27,326 nucleotides of DNA from an uncultured Thermodesulfobacteriota bacterium (GCA_964629485.1 CAZVRN010000001.1:1-27326), one strand, 5' to 3'. Shown: positions 6,954 through 16,464, counted from the first letter of the stretch. Numbers and translations: made by a program. Notes: a model not told the origin generated them from the letters alone.

Positions 6954-8471
6954 ATGGAAAATGATTATATCGTTGAAACGTCAAATGGCAAGGTGCGCGG
7001 TTACAGTAAAAAAGGCATTATAAAGTTTAAAGGCATCCCTTACGCCGCGCCTCCTGTTGGAGACCTCCGTTTCAGGCCCCCGGCCCCGGCGGAGCCGTGG
7101 ACCGGGGTGCGGGACGCGCTGGAGTACAGCCCGATAGTGCCTCAGCCGGCCGGCGCCGTGGAATCCCTGTTTGGCGAACAGAGGGAACAAAACGAGGCTG
7201 AATGTTTAACCTTGAACATCTGGACCCGGGCCGTTGACGACCAGAAGCGGCCTGTCATGTTTTTTATTCACGGGGGTGGTTTTGTAACCGGGACCGGCGC
7301 TTCGCTGGAAGGCTCGCGCCTCGTTTTGAGGGGCGATGTGGTCGTGGTGAGCATCAACTACAGGCTGGGGTCGCTCGGGTTTTTGTACATGCCCGATGTG
7401 CCCGAGGCTGCGTCAAATATCGGGCTGCTCGACATGGCCGCCGCGCTGGAATTCGTGAAAAGAAATATTTCCCGCTTTGGCGGAGACCCGGATAACGTCA
7501 CCATTTTCGGGGAATCGGCCGGCGGCTTTGCCGTGGCCGGCCTGCTTGCCATGCCTGCCGTCAAGGGGTTATTCCACCGCGCTATTTTGCAGTCAGGCGC
7601 GGCGCATCCCCTGGGGTTCAACGCCAGGGCCGGAATAAATGTTTATCATCGTCTCCTGGAAGAATTGGGCATTCAAAAAGGCGATATAGAAGCCCTGCGC
7701 AGGGTTCCGGCTGAAGACATTATTAAAGCCCAGACAGCTATTATGCCCGTGGCCAGCGGTGATTTCGCCACGGAACGGCCCCTTAGGTTGGGGCCCGTGG
7801 TGGATAAGGAAACCCTGCCCGAACACCCGCTGGAGGCTTTGCGAAACGGTTTTGCCAAAGAAATAAGCGTCTTTGTCGGCTCCAACCTCGACGAGACAAA
7901 ATTGTGGCATATCTGGAATCCCGACGCGTATAAAATTGATGAAGACGGGTTGCTCAAGGGAGTAAACGGCGTCGTGTCCCTTGTGGGAAAGGATGAAAGT
8001 AAAGCCCGGGAAATGATTGAAGTATACAGGCAGAAACGAAAAACTCCGCGAGATATCATGGATGCGGTTTCCACGGATTACATGTTCCGCATTCCGTCTA
8101 TCCGCCTGGCCGAAGCACAAAGCGCACATCAAAAAAATACTTACATGTACCTTTTTACGTGGCAAAGCCCGCTGGCAGGAGGCAAGTACGGGGCCATGCA
8201 CGCCCTGGAGCTCGGCTTTGTTTTCGGAGTCCTTCAGCAAAAGGCGGTCGGCATCTTCCCCGAGAGAAATGAAGAAACCGAGGCCCTCAGCGAGGCCATG
8301 ATGGATACCTGGATATCGTTCGCCAGGAATGGAAACCCGAATAACGCCGGCATCCCGCCGTTTCCGCCGTATGATACTGAAAAAAGGGCGACCATTATCT
8401 TTGATAAAGAAATAAAAATCGTCGAAGACCCGTATGGCCACGAACGAGCTGTCTGGAGTGATCTGCTGTGA
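6954..8471 (+). CDS. Type-B carboxylesterase/lipase (PnbA-like)
   Basis: FKGIPYAAPPVGDLRFRPP, ECLTLNIW, oxyanion HGGGF, nucleophile GESAG, acid GSNLDET and GAMHALE His. AAGGAG RBS present. Confidence 0.95.
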   Translation: MENDYIVETSNGKVRGYSKKGIIKFKGIPYAAPPVGDLRFRPPAPAEPWTGVRDALEYSPIVPQPAGAVESLFGEQREQNEAECLTLNIWTRAVDDQKRPVMFFIHGGGFVTGTGASLEGSRLVLRGDVVVVSINYRLGSLGFLYMPDVPEAASNIGLLDMAAALEFVKRNISRFGGDPDNVTIFGESAGGFAVAGLLAMPAVKGLFHRAILQSGAAHPLGFNARAGINVYHRLLEELGIQKGDIEALRRVPAEDIIKAQTAIMPVASGDFATERPLRLGPVVDKETLPEHPLEALRNGFAKEISVFVGSNLDETKLWHIWNPDAYKIDEDGLLKGVNGVVSLVGKDESKAREMIEVYRQKRKTPRDIMDAVSTDYMFRIPSIRLAEAQSAHQKNTYMYLFTWQSPLAGGKYGAMHALELGFVFGVLQQKAVGIFPERNEETEALSEAMMDTWISFARNGNPNNAGIPPFPPYDTEKRATIIFDKEIKIVEDPYGHERAVWSDLL

Positions 8472-8538
8472 TCATGCTGAAATAAAGCCCGTACGGCTTG
8501 GTTAAAAATCCCTTTTTCAGGATCACCTGGATTTGACT

Positions 8539-9825
8539 ATGATGCAGGTTATGATGCGCTACGGCCGAAAGGGACTCACCCTGTCCTTTCCCGATGACTG
8601 GCAGGTGGACGTGGTCAATAAAAAAGCCATGCCCGTGCTTGATGATCCCCAAGGAGCCGTGGCTGAAGCACTGAAAAGTCCATTAGGCAGCCGCCCCCTC
8701 AGGGAGGAAGCCAAAGGCAAGAAAAACGCCTGCATTTTGATTTGCGACATCACCCGGCCGGTGCCCAACGGGCTTCTTTTGCCTCTCATTATCAGGGAGC
8801 TCATGGCCGGGGGCCTGGAGCCCGCTCAAATCAAGGTCCTGGTGGCCACCGGCCTGCACCGGCCCAATGAAGGTGATGAATTGAGGGAGGTGGTTGGGGA
8901 TGACCGGGTCCTGCAAACCGTGAGCGTGGCCAATCATTTCGCCCGGAACGATGAAGACCACCTGGACCTGGGCTTGACCCGGCGAGGTACACGGGTAAAG
9001 ATTGACAAGCGATTCGTCCGGGCCGACCTGCGCATTGTCACCGGGCTGGTGGAACCTCACTTTATGGCGGGCTATTCAGGCGGCCGCAAGGTCATCATCC
9101 CGGGAATCGCTCATCAGGACACCATCCGCCGTATCCACACCGCTTCCTTTCTGGAGCATCCAAAGGCGGCTAACTGCGTGCTGGAAGGCAACCCCCTGAA
9201 CGAGGAACAGCTTGAGATCGTGGACATGCTGGGCGGCGCGCTCAGCCTAAACACGGTCATCACTGAACAGCGCGAATTGAGCTACGTGAACTTCGGGGAA
9301 ATCAAGGAAAGCTATATGAAAGCCGTGGATTACGTGCGGCCCTACACCGAGGCCGCGCTGCCTCGCGCCTATCAGACCGTGATCACCTCGAGCGCTGGTT
9401 ACCCCCTGGACAAGACTTATTACCAGACCGTGAAAGGCATGGTCGGAGCCATGGAGATCCTCAAGCCCGGCGGTGACCTGTTTATTGTCAGCGAAATCAG
9501 CGAGGGCTTCGGGTCGCCTGAATTCCTTGCGGCTCAAAAACGGCTCGCAGAGCTTAACCCCCATGGTTTTCTAAAGAGCATTGAAAACAAAGATCAGGCC
9601 GAAATAGACGAGTGGGAAACCGAAGAACTGGTCAAAGCCGCGCGCAAAGGCAGGGTGCGGCTTTTTACCCGGGGACTTAGGCCCGAGGAGGCAAGGCTGA
9701 CCGGCCTGGAAGTCATCAGCAGCCTTGAGAAGCTGAACCAGGCCATTCTCAAAAGCGGGGGCAGGGAAAAAAGGGCCGCAGTCATCCCCGAAGGCCCCTA
9801 CATCATCCCTTTTATTCGTGGTTAA
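8539..9825 (+). CDS. Nickel-pincer-dependent lactate racemase family (LarA homolog)
   Basis: CDITRP, ATGLHRP, EPHFMAGYSGGRK, IRRIH and YQTVKG match the LarA Asp/Arg, His, His/Lys, Ni-His and Lys positions. The start is uncertain (8533 TTG, 8539 or 8542 ATG). Confidence 0.9.
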   Translation: MMQVMMRYGRKGLTLSFPDDWQVDVVNKKAMPVLDDPQGAVAEALKSPLGSRPLREEAKGKKNACILICDITRPVPNGLLLPLIIRELMAGGLEPAQIKVLVATGLHRPNEGDELREVVGDDRVLQTVSVANHFARNDEDHLDLGLTRRGTRVKIDKRFVRADLRIVTGLVEPHFMAGYSGGRKVIIPGIAHQDTIRRIHTASFLEHPKAANCVLEGNPLNEEQLEIVDMLGGALSLNTVITEQRELSYVNFGEIKESYMKAVDYVRPYTEAALPRAYQTVITSSAGYPLDKTYYQTVKGMVGAMEILKPGGDLFIVSEISEGFGSPEFLAAQKRLAELNPHGFLKSIENKDQAEIDEWETEELVKAARKGRVRLFTRGLRPEEARLTGLEVISSLEKLNQAILKSGGREKRAAVIPEGPYIIPFIRG

Positions 9826-10066
9826 GGTTGCCAGGGAGAGGTTGTCCTTGTCAATATTGGCGGCGGCTAAAAGCAGACACTCCATGTGCTGGTTGAATCG
9901 AACAGATTATGTCTCCGGGTACATAGCAGCGATTTATCCCTTTGACAAAGACGGCTGTTTCTATCTATACTCCTGCCTGTCAGAGGATGATTCAATATTT
10001 TTGCACCCTTTTCTGAAACGAAGCTCGTTGAATCAGGGTTATAATAAATAAGGGAGGTACTGCACC

Positions 10067-10861
10067 ATGCACGAACTCATAAACAGGAATATGGTGGATA
10101 CCATCCGCACCACGGGCAAGACCAATGAAAACCTGCCCGACCGAGTGGATATTTTGAAAAAATATGACCTCTCTTACGACCGCGAGGCTGAAAATGTTAT
10201 TATAACCGGCTGCCAGATTCTGGCGGCGCTTCCTCATGTTCTTAAATCTTTGGCTTCCCTTTTTGACCGAAAAAGTTTTTCATACACTTTTCTTTCCGAG
10301 GAATACTGCTGCGGGAATTACCTTTACCGTCCGGCCATAAAAGCCCGTGACGAAGATGCCATGAACGAGTGCCGCGAACTGTCAAAGGAATTTGTCACTA
10401 AAAATATGGAGCAGGCCAGACGACTCGGCGCAAAACGTCTGGTGATTTTTTGCTCGCCCTGTTATCCGATTTACAGACATGCTTTTCCGGATGAGGATAT
10501 TATTTTTTATCCTGCGGCCATTGATGAAGTCATGGAACCGCTTCAGTTTAAGGGGCAGATTGATTACTATGCCGGGTGTTATAAACTGCATCGAAAATTT
10601 TCACCCGTACCCATGGATTTAAAGTTTGTTGACGCGGTTTTTGCGAAGATGCAGGGTCTGGATGTTCACAGGATAAGCGCGCCCAAATGCTGCTTCACTC
10701 CGGAAGGCTTGAAACATATGACCGGAAACGTCACAACCAAAACCATGGTTCATGTCTGCACGGGATGTTACGGCCAGGCGGCGGGGAGCATTCCCGGTGA
10801 AAGGGGCGTTGAAATTTTGATGCTCCCGGAGTTCGTGGAGAAGGCATTAGAAGCGCATTGA
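10067..10861 (+). CDS. Stand-alone two-CCG-domain (Fe-S)-binding protein (HdrB/GlcF/LutA-related)
   Basis: Two Cys modules, TGC...EYCCG...CSPC and YAGC...KCC...CTGC. GGGAGG RBS and a TATAAT at 10040-10045 upstream. Confidence 0.75.
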   Translation: MHELINRNMVDTIRTTGKTNENLPDRVDILKKYDLSYDREAENVIITGCQILAALPHVLKSLASLFDRKSFSYTFLSEEYCCGNYLYRPAIKARDEDAMNECRELSKEFVTKNMEQARRLGAKRLVIFCSPCYPIYRHAFPDEDIIFYPAAIDEVMEPLQFKGQIDYYAGCYKLHRKFSPVPMDLKFVDAVFAKMQGLDVHRISAPKCCFTPEGLKHMTGNVTTKTMVHVCTGCYGQAAGSIPGERGVEILMLPEFVEKALEAH

Positions 10862-10973
10862 TAAACCATTGTGCATCGCGGCAGACAGGGCTCGGCGTGC
10901 CGGCCGCTGCCTTCAGCCGGGGGAGATAAAATAAGATAACTAAAGGCTTCATTTCCTGGAAGGACGTAATGTC

Positions 10974-11408
10974 ATGAAATTCCCACCTGATCGGCCATCA
11001 GAAGAATCCCGAGAAAAGACCTCAGAGGACTTAATGGCTATGGCCAGAGTCATCGGTTCCCTTATAGATAAGACGGTCAATAAAATCTTCGTTGCGCACA
11101 GAACGGAATTGCTTTCCGAATCAATCACTTATATTGTGCCCGGCGTCTGGGGCGCCAGGCTGGATGGCGAGCTGACCGAGACTCAAGAAAAAATTAATCA
11201 AGAAATTCTACCGGTTATAAAGGAAATTTTTACGGCGCTCGATCTAAAAGGCTTGAACCCGGGTCAGGAATTTACCATCGCATACCTCATACGCAGTTTG
11301 TTTGTCGCCAAGATTACTTATATGATCGAAGCCCTTAAAAACCAGATAAACCTGAAAGAGGAAGCCGCCAGGAAGCTTGAAAACGTCAAGCCGGTGGGGA
11401 ACGCTTAG
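10974..11408 (+). CDS. Hypothetical protein (144 aa, predicted helical)
   Basis: Natural-looking ORF with an AAGGA RBS, co-oriented between two real genes. No family recognised. Confidence 0.65.
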   Translation: MKFPPDRPSEESREKTSEDLMAMARVIGSLIDKTVNKIFVAHRTELLSESITYIVPGVWGARLDGELTETQEKINQEILPVIKEIFTALDLKGLNPGQEFTIAYLIRSLFVAKITYMIEALKNQINLKEEAARKLENVKPVGNA

Positions 11409-11477
11409 AGATGAAAGTCAGCAAGCTTTTCAAATGCAGATCAGTGACTGGTCATCTGCGGGCCTGTGCTCGATAGA

Positions 11478-11502
11478 CCTGTCAATGACAGGCTGTCATG
11501 AC
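11478..11502. promoter_or_regulatory. Overlapping palindromes of alternating TGTCA/TGACA half-sites
   Basis: CCTGTCA-A-TGACAGG-CTGTCATGAC, ending 46 bp before the response regulator start. Confidence 0.3.
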
Positions 11503-11548
11503 CGGCTTGAACCAGGGCGAGATAATAAAACCAGGGTAAGAACGGATC

Positions 11549-12199
11549 GTGTCTGGAAAAAACAAAATCGTCATTGCAGAAGATCACACCATACTTCGAG
11601 AAGGATTGCGCGCCATTCTGACGCTTGACAACGATTTGGATGTGGTCGGGGAGGCCAGTGATGGTCTTGAAGCCATCAAATTAGTTGCGGATTATTCGCC
11701 GGATCTTATCCTGATTGATCTTTCCATGCCCAAAATGAGCGGTTTGGCGGCTATAGTGGAGATAAAAAAACGGTATCCCGAGACAAAGGTCCTGACCCTG
11801 ACAGTTCATAAAGATGAGGATTATATCCTGTCCGCTTTGCAGGCCGGGGCGGATGGATATCTGTTGAAAGATGATTCGCGTGATGAACTGTCCGTGGCTA
11901 TCAAAAGCGTACTTTCCGGCAAACCTTACCTGAGTCCCAGCATTTCTGGCAAGGTAATCGAAGGATACCTGGCCGGAAGGCGAAACGTGAAATCGGCCCT
12001 GGATATTCTCTCGCCGCGGGAGCGGGAAGTCTTAAAAATGATTGCCGAGGGATACAAAAACAGGGAGATCGCCGATTATCTTTTTATCAGTCCCAAAACA
12101 GTTGAAAAACACCGGTCCAACCTGATGAAAAAACTGCACCTTCACTCTGCTTCCGCTTTAATATCTTTTGTCGTCAAAAACGGGTTGTTGAGCCCCTGA
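11549..12199 (+). CDS. NarL/LuxR-family response regulator
   Basis: REC domain (AEDH, ILIDLSMP phospho-Asp, GYLLKD) plus a LuxR HTH (LSPREREVLKMIAEGYKNREIADYLFISPKTVEKHRSNLMKKL). GTG start. Confidence 0.95.
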   Translation: MSGKNKIVIAEDHTILREGLRAILTLDNDLDVVGEASDGLEAIKLVADYSPDLILIDLSMPKMSGLAAIVEIKKRYPETKVLTLTVHKDEDYILSALQAGADGYLLKDDSRDELSVAIKSVLSGKPYLSPSISGKVIEGYLAGRRNVKSALDILSPREREVLKMIAEGYKNREIADYLFISPKTVEKHRSNLMKKLHLHSASALISFVVKNGLLSP

Positions 12200-12223
12200 G
12201 CTTGGTGCAATTCATTTTTTAAT

Positions 12224-12255
12224 TGCAATAAAATTATTTGTTCTTAAGAAGCCTT
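12224..12255 (-). mobile_element. Miniature inverted-repeat element, copy F (one terminus only)
   Basis: Reverse complement AAGGCTTCTTAAGAACAAATAATTTTATTGCA matches the left end of copies C and H. AATAATTTTATTG is shared with H. Confidence 0.5.
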
Positions 12256-12309
12256 TGCCTGCCTTTCAGCCGGTAAAAAATCCAACCGGGTCCGGGCCAG
12301 GTCGTTATG

Positions 12310-13989
12310 TCAGACAGTAATAATCTGAGGCAGGATAAGCGGGCGCCGGTCAATGACCTGATTAAAGAAGCGTTTCAGTTCTCGGCTTATATCCGCTTTG
12401 ATCTCATCCAAATCATAAATCGGGCCAACCTTGATTCTTCTTTCTTCAGCCAGTCTGTCAAAAATTTCCAGGATCAGGCACTTGGCGTCTTCCAGCACAT
12501 GAGCACTGGTTTCTTCAAAGATAAATCCTTTGGAGATGAAATCCGGGCCGCTGAGAATTTCACATGTTTGCTCGTCGATGACGAGTAACGGGATAACCAT
12601 GCCATGCTCGGCCAGATGCCTGCGGTCGCGAAGCACGACCCGCCCCACATCCCCGACTCCTTTGCCGTCCACCAGGACCCGGCCCGTTGGTATGCGTCCT
12701 GCTTTTTGAAAGCCGCTTTGATCGAAGCGAATCAAATCCCCATTTTCAGCCCGCACTAAATTTTCTTCAGGAATGCCCACCTCCCGGGCCAGCTCATTGT
12801 GCTTGATCAGGTGCCGGTATTCACCATGAATCGGAAGAAAATATTTTGGACGAACAAGATTGATCATGAGCTTGAGTTCTTCCTGGTAGGCGTGTCCGGA
12901 TACATGAATTTCCGATACTGTTTCGTAAATCACCTCGGCTCCCAGCCGATACAGGTTGTTAATCAGGTTGGTGATTGCTCGTTCATTTCCCGGGATGAAA
13001 CGGGAGGAGAGGATTACGGTGTCTCCTTTTTTGATTTTGATTTGCTTATGTTCATTCGAGGCCATGCGTGTCAGGGCGCTCATGGGCTCACCCTGGGAGC
13101 CCGTTGTTATCAAAACTAGCTTGTCATCCGGTAGGTCGTTGATTTCCTTTAGCATTACTTCCTGATCTGCGTTCAATTTTAGAAAATCAAGTTCCCTGGC
13201 AATCCGAACGTTCGAAATCATGTTCTTGCCGTCAAAAGCTACTTTTCGGCCGAACTCGGCCGCTACGCGGATAACCTGCTGGATACGGATGATACTCGAC
13301 GCGAACAGCGCTACGATAATACGTCCCTGGCAGGACTGGAAGATATCGCGAAATGTTTCTCCGATCTTTTTTTCAGACATGGTGTAACCAGCACGTTCGA
13401 CGTTGGTGGAGTCTGAAAGCAGGGCCAGTACGCCTTTGGCCCCGTATTCGGCAAACTTGTTCAGATCAATTTCTCCGCCAGCCATGGGGCTCTGCTCAAT
13501 CTTAAAGTCGCCGGAGTGGACCAGGCAGCCTACCGGGGTCATAATGGCCAAGGCAACTCCGTCAACAATGCTGTGGCTGACCTTGATAAAATCAAAGGTA
13601 AAAGGCCCTATATGCAGTTTTTCTCCGGGAGATATTACGTTGAGTGAGATTTCCGGGAGGGCTCGGTGTTCCTTGAGCCGGTCTTTTACCAGTTCGAGGG
13701 TAAAACGGGTGCCATAAACCGGGACATTGATCCGTCCGAGGAGGAAGGGCAGGGCCCCGATATGATCTTCGTGGCCATGTGTCAGTATGATGGCCCGGAC
13801 CTCCGGTGCATGCTCCAGGATATAGCTGAAATCCGGGATGACCACGTCCACGCCGTACATATATTGATCCGGGAACATGAGACCGGCGTCAATAATCACC
13901 ACGTCCTGGCCGCACTTGAGGGCCATGGTGTTTAATCCTATCTCACCCAGCCCCCCCAAAATTGCTAATTCGATAAAAGGTTCACTCAT
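12310..13989 (-). CDS. rnj: Ribonuclease J
   Basis: LGGLGEIGLN, THGHEDHIG metallo-beta-lactamase motif, TGSQGEP, HVSGH, PIHGE and the C-terminal RRPLILP. Confidence 0.97.
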   Translation of the reverse strand: MSEPFIELAILGGLGEIGLNTMALKCGQDVVIIDAGLMFPDQYMYGVDVVIPDFSYILEHAPEVRAIILTHGHEDHIGALPFLLGRINVPVYGTRFTLELVKDRLKEHRALPEISLNVISPGEKLHIGPFTFDFIKVSHSIVDGVALAIMTPVGCLVHSGDFKIEQSPMAGGEIDLNKFAEYGAKGVLALLSDSTNVERAGYTMSEKKIGETFRDIFQSCQGRIIVALFASSIIRIQQVIRVAAEFGRKVAFDGKNMISNVRIARELDFLKLNADQEVMLKEINDLPDDKLVLITTGSQGEPMSALTRMASNEHKQIKIKKGDTVILSSRFIPGNERAITNLINNLYRLGAEVIYETVSEIHVSGHAYQEELKLMINLVRPKYFLPIHGEYRHLIKHNELAREVGIPEENLVRAENGDLIRFDQSGFQKAGRIPTGRVLVDGKGVGDVGRVVLRDRRHLAEHGMVIPLLVIDEQTCEILSGPDFISKGFIFEETSAHVLEDAKCLILEIFDRLAEERRIKVGPIYDLDEIKADISRELKRFFNQVIDRRPLILPQIITV

Positions 13990-13999
13990 AAGACCCGTC

Positions 14000-14797
14000 T
14001 TATACTGCTTTTTTTAGGCCATAATCAGGATCATAGTTGTCCAGAATCGCCTTGCGCACCTCAGCCATCAACTGGTTTTGTTCCGAACGTTTTATACCTC
14101 TGGTGGGAATAGGTTTTCCAAAAACAATCTTTATGCGGCCGGGAGTGACTTTGAAGGTTCTGGCTGGCATGACTCGGTGCGCCCCGCTGATACTGACCGG
14201 GACGATAGGATGTCCCGCCTTCACAGCTAGGATAAACCCGCCCCGCTTAAATTCCTGTATTTGTCCGTCCTGGCTACGGGTTCCTTCCGGGAAAATAACC
14301 ACGCTTTTCCCTTTTCGTATCTCTTCCGCCGCTTTTTCGAGACTCTTGACCCCTTTTCTCGGGTTGGACCGGTCAATGGGGATATATCCGGCCAGCCTCA
14401 TTGAGTGTCCGTAAAGCGGTAAAGAGAAAAGACTTTTTTTGGCCAGCCAGCGGAACTGAATCGGCAGGTAGGCCAGAAGGACCAGAATATCGAAAATGCT
14501 GCTGTGGTTGGCAGCGAAAACGTAATTTTCCCCCGGCTGAAGGTTTTCTTTTCCTTCGACGCGAACCCGGACAAAAGCACACCAGATTAAAATACGCGCG
14601 TAGACCCGGGCCATGACATGAACCCCATTGCCCTTCCGGTCCCAGAGGGTCGTGAGCAAGGCAAGAAGGTATGCCGGCGGCGTGATAAGGACAAGAATCA
14701 CAAAGCCATAGACCATGAATAAATTTATTGAAGACAAAGTCGCAAATATTTTTTTCCACATAATGCTAATATAATAGCTGAAATCGGCTTCTGTCAA
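14000..14797 (-). CDS. plsC: 1-acyl-sn-glycerol-3-phosphate acyltransferase
   Basis: NHSSIFD (HX4D), FRWLAKKSLF and FPEGTRS motifs with an N-terminal TM segment. The start may instead be the ATG at 14761. Confidence 0.9.
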   Translation of the reverse strand: MTEADFSYYISIMWKKIFATLSSINLFMVYGFVILVLITPPAYLLALLTTLWDRKGNGVHVMARVYARILIWCAFVRVRVEGKENLQPGENYVFAANHSSIFDILVLLAYLPIQFRWLAKKSLFSLPLYGHSMRLAGYIPIDRSNPRKGVKSLEKAAEEIRKGKSVVIFPEGTRSQDGQIQEFKRGGFILAVKAGHPIVPVSISGAHRVMPARTFKVTPGRIKIVFGKPIPTRGIKRSEQNQLMAEVRKAILDNYDPDYGLKKAV

Positions 14798-15133
14798 ACC
14801 AAATTAATGAACCGGCCGATCAAGCCGCGGGTGCCCATTTCCCTTGAAACCGGCTGTGCTTTGCCTGGAAAATCTGGGTTCAATTTTAAAAACTTGCATC
14901 TTGATTATGAGTTTAGTAAACTTATCATTAATAATGAGATAAATTTGGTTGCGGCGGTGATTTTGTATTCCAAAGACTGGTTTAAAAAGAAATCACCCAT
15001 GTTTAAATGTTGGTTGCGGTATAATCAATACACTAAAATAAAAAAGACTGTTGCGAAAGACGTTTTTGGATAAGAGCTATTGAAAAAAAATTGTGGCTGG
15101 CGCTGAACTTGCGTGCGCGGGAAGGAGATTAAA

Positions 15134-15529
15134 ATGAAAATTTTAGTGGGATATGATGGATCAAAGCCGGCAAAGGAGGCTTTAAGGCTGGCCAAGGAGC
15201 ATGCCAATGCCTTTAACGCCGAAACAGTTTACGTGCTGAACGCCCTCGAAGCGGACGCGACAGGGCGGCCGGGAACACTGGAAAAAGCTGAACAGGATTT
15301 GGCTTATGCTGAAGTTTTCCTAAAAGACGGTAATTTTACCACTGAAACAAAATTGCTGACCCAGGGTTTGAGCCCGGGAGAGGGTCTGGTGGAGTTTGCC
15401 AAGGAAAACGGGATAGACGAAATCCTCATCGGAATCGTAAGGACTTCCAAAGTGGGTAAACTGGTTTTTGGGTCCACTGCTCAGTACGTTATATTAAAGG
15501 CGCCCTGCCCGGTTGTTACGGTGAAATAA
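15134..15529 (+). CDS. Universal stress protein (UspA family)
   Basis: MKILVGYDGS start after an AAGGAG RBS, GKLVFGSTAQYVIL and the C-terminal APCPVVTVK. Confidence 0.95.
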   Translation: MKILVGYDGSKPAKEALRLAKEHANAFNAETVYVLNALEADATGRPGTLEKAEQDLAYAEVFLKDGNFTTETKLLTQGLSPGEGLVEFAKENGIDEILIGIVRTSKVGKLVFGSTAQYVILKAPCPVVTVK

Positions 15530-15538
15530 AACCAAACA

Positions 15539-15571
15539 GTAAAGCCCGGGAATAAATTCCCGCGGCTTTAC
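15539..15571 (+). terminator. Hairpin after usp (putative terminator)
   Basis: GTAAAGCC-CGGGAA-TAAA-TTCCCG-C-GGCTTTAC, 9 bp after the stop codon. The U-tail is weak. Confidence 0.55.
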
Positions 15572-15577
15572 TAACCC

Positions 15578-15716
15578 GGGACCCGGCAAAATTAAACCTT
15601 TAACCGAATTTATTACCAGGCTCAAAGTTACTTCCCCGAAATATTGGTAATATTCTCGTGGGTTAGATTTCCACCGCTTGCAAGCCCAATAAAATTATTG
15701 GTTTTTAGAGGGCCTC
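15578..15716 (-). mobile_element. Miniature inverted-repeat element, copy H (139-bp long form, diverged)
   Basis: Ends GGGACCCGGCAAAATT..CCTTTAACCGAA and AAAATTATTGGTTTTTAGAGGGCCTC match the family termini. The interior matches copy G. Confidence 0.55.
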
Positions 15717-15840
15717 TCATCAGTCTTATCTTTGAGGCTGATACTTTTGGAAAAGAGTTTTCGCCGTTTTATTGCTTGTATTTTGCCGGCTGGTGAATAA
15801 TACTGTTTAATATGTTATTTTTAGCATATAGACCGGGATT

Positions 15841-16464
15841 ATGAAACCCTTCCAGGAATTGTTGGCGCGATCCGCACAGGCTCATGGGCATCTCTGCCCG
15901 GGCCAGGTACTGGGGGTGCGCATGGCCATGCTCGGGCTTGCGCTCCTGGGCTACAAGGCGCCCCTGAATAACAGCAATATAAAAAAAGTAATCGTTTTTG
16001 TGGAAATAGACCGATGCGCCGCTGACGCCATCGCCATAACAACAGGCGTAAAGCTGGGCCGCCGTTCTCTCAAATTCAAAGATTACGGGCTCATGGCCGC
16101 CACTTTTGTTAATCTGCCGGATGGCCGCGCCTTCCGGGTTGCTGTGCGGGAGGACTGCCGCGACAAAGCCTTGCAATATGTCTCCGGCATCTCAAACCAG
16201 CATCAGCGCGAGATCGAAGCTTACCAGCGTATGACACTCTCAGAGCTTTTTACCGTGACAGCGGTGAAAGTCAATATTCCGCCCGAGGATCTGCCCGGAG
16301 CATCCTTGCCCAAGGTGCGCTGCGCGGTTTGCGGAACCACCATAAGGCACAAGCGGGAAGTCGAGGTCAAGGGCCGCCTTCTCTGCCGGGTTTGTGCCGG
16401 AGGTGCCTATTTTGAACCCGTTAAATTGATCGAAGACAAGGACATTTTGGAAATAAAAGCCTGA
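15841..16464 (+). CDS. FmdE-family protein with C-terminal C4 zinc finger
   Basis: HGHLCPG, EIDRCAADAI and GVKLGRRSLKFKDYG, with CAVCG...CRVC at the C-terminus. Confidence 0.9.
   Translation: MKPFQELLARSAQAHGHLCPGQVLGVRMAMLGLALLGYKAPLNNSNIKKVIVFVEIDRCAADAIAITTGVKLGRRSLKFKDYGLMAATFVNLPDGRAFRVAVREDCRDKALQYVSGISNQHQREIEAYQRMTLSELFTVTAVKVNIPPEDLPGASLPKVRCAVCGTTIRHKREVEVKGRLLCRVCAGGAYFEPVKLIEDKDILEIKA

Noticed and set aside
7593-8441. 282-aa minus-strand ORF, plus the other long antisense or alternative-frame ORFs (e.g. 1038..1541, 3988..4527, 25681..26148)
   Set aside because: They are shadows of well-supported genes, have no recognisable motifs, and are expected in GC-rich coding DNA.
14807-15073. 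88-aa ORF in the plsC-usp spacer
   Set aside because: AT-rich, no RBS, no family signal; more likely divergent promoter DNA.
15795-15825. Possible dif-like site (TATGTTATTT)
   Set aside because: Only a partial XerD-like half is present, with no recognisable XerC arm.
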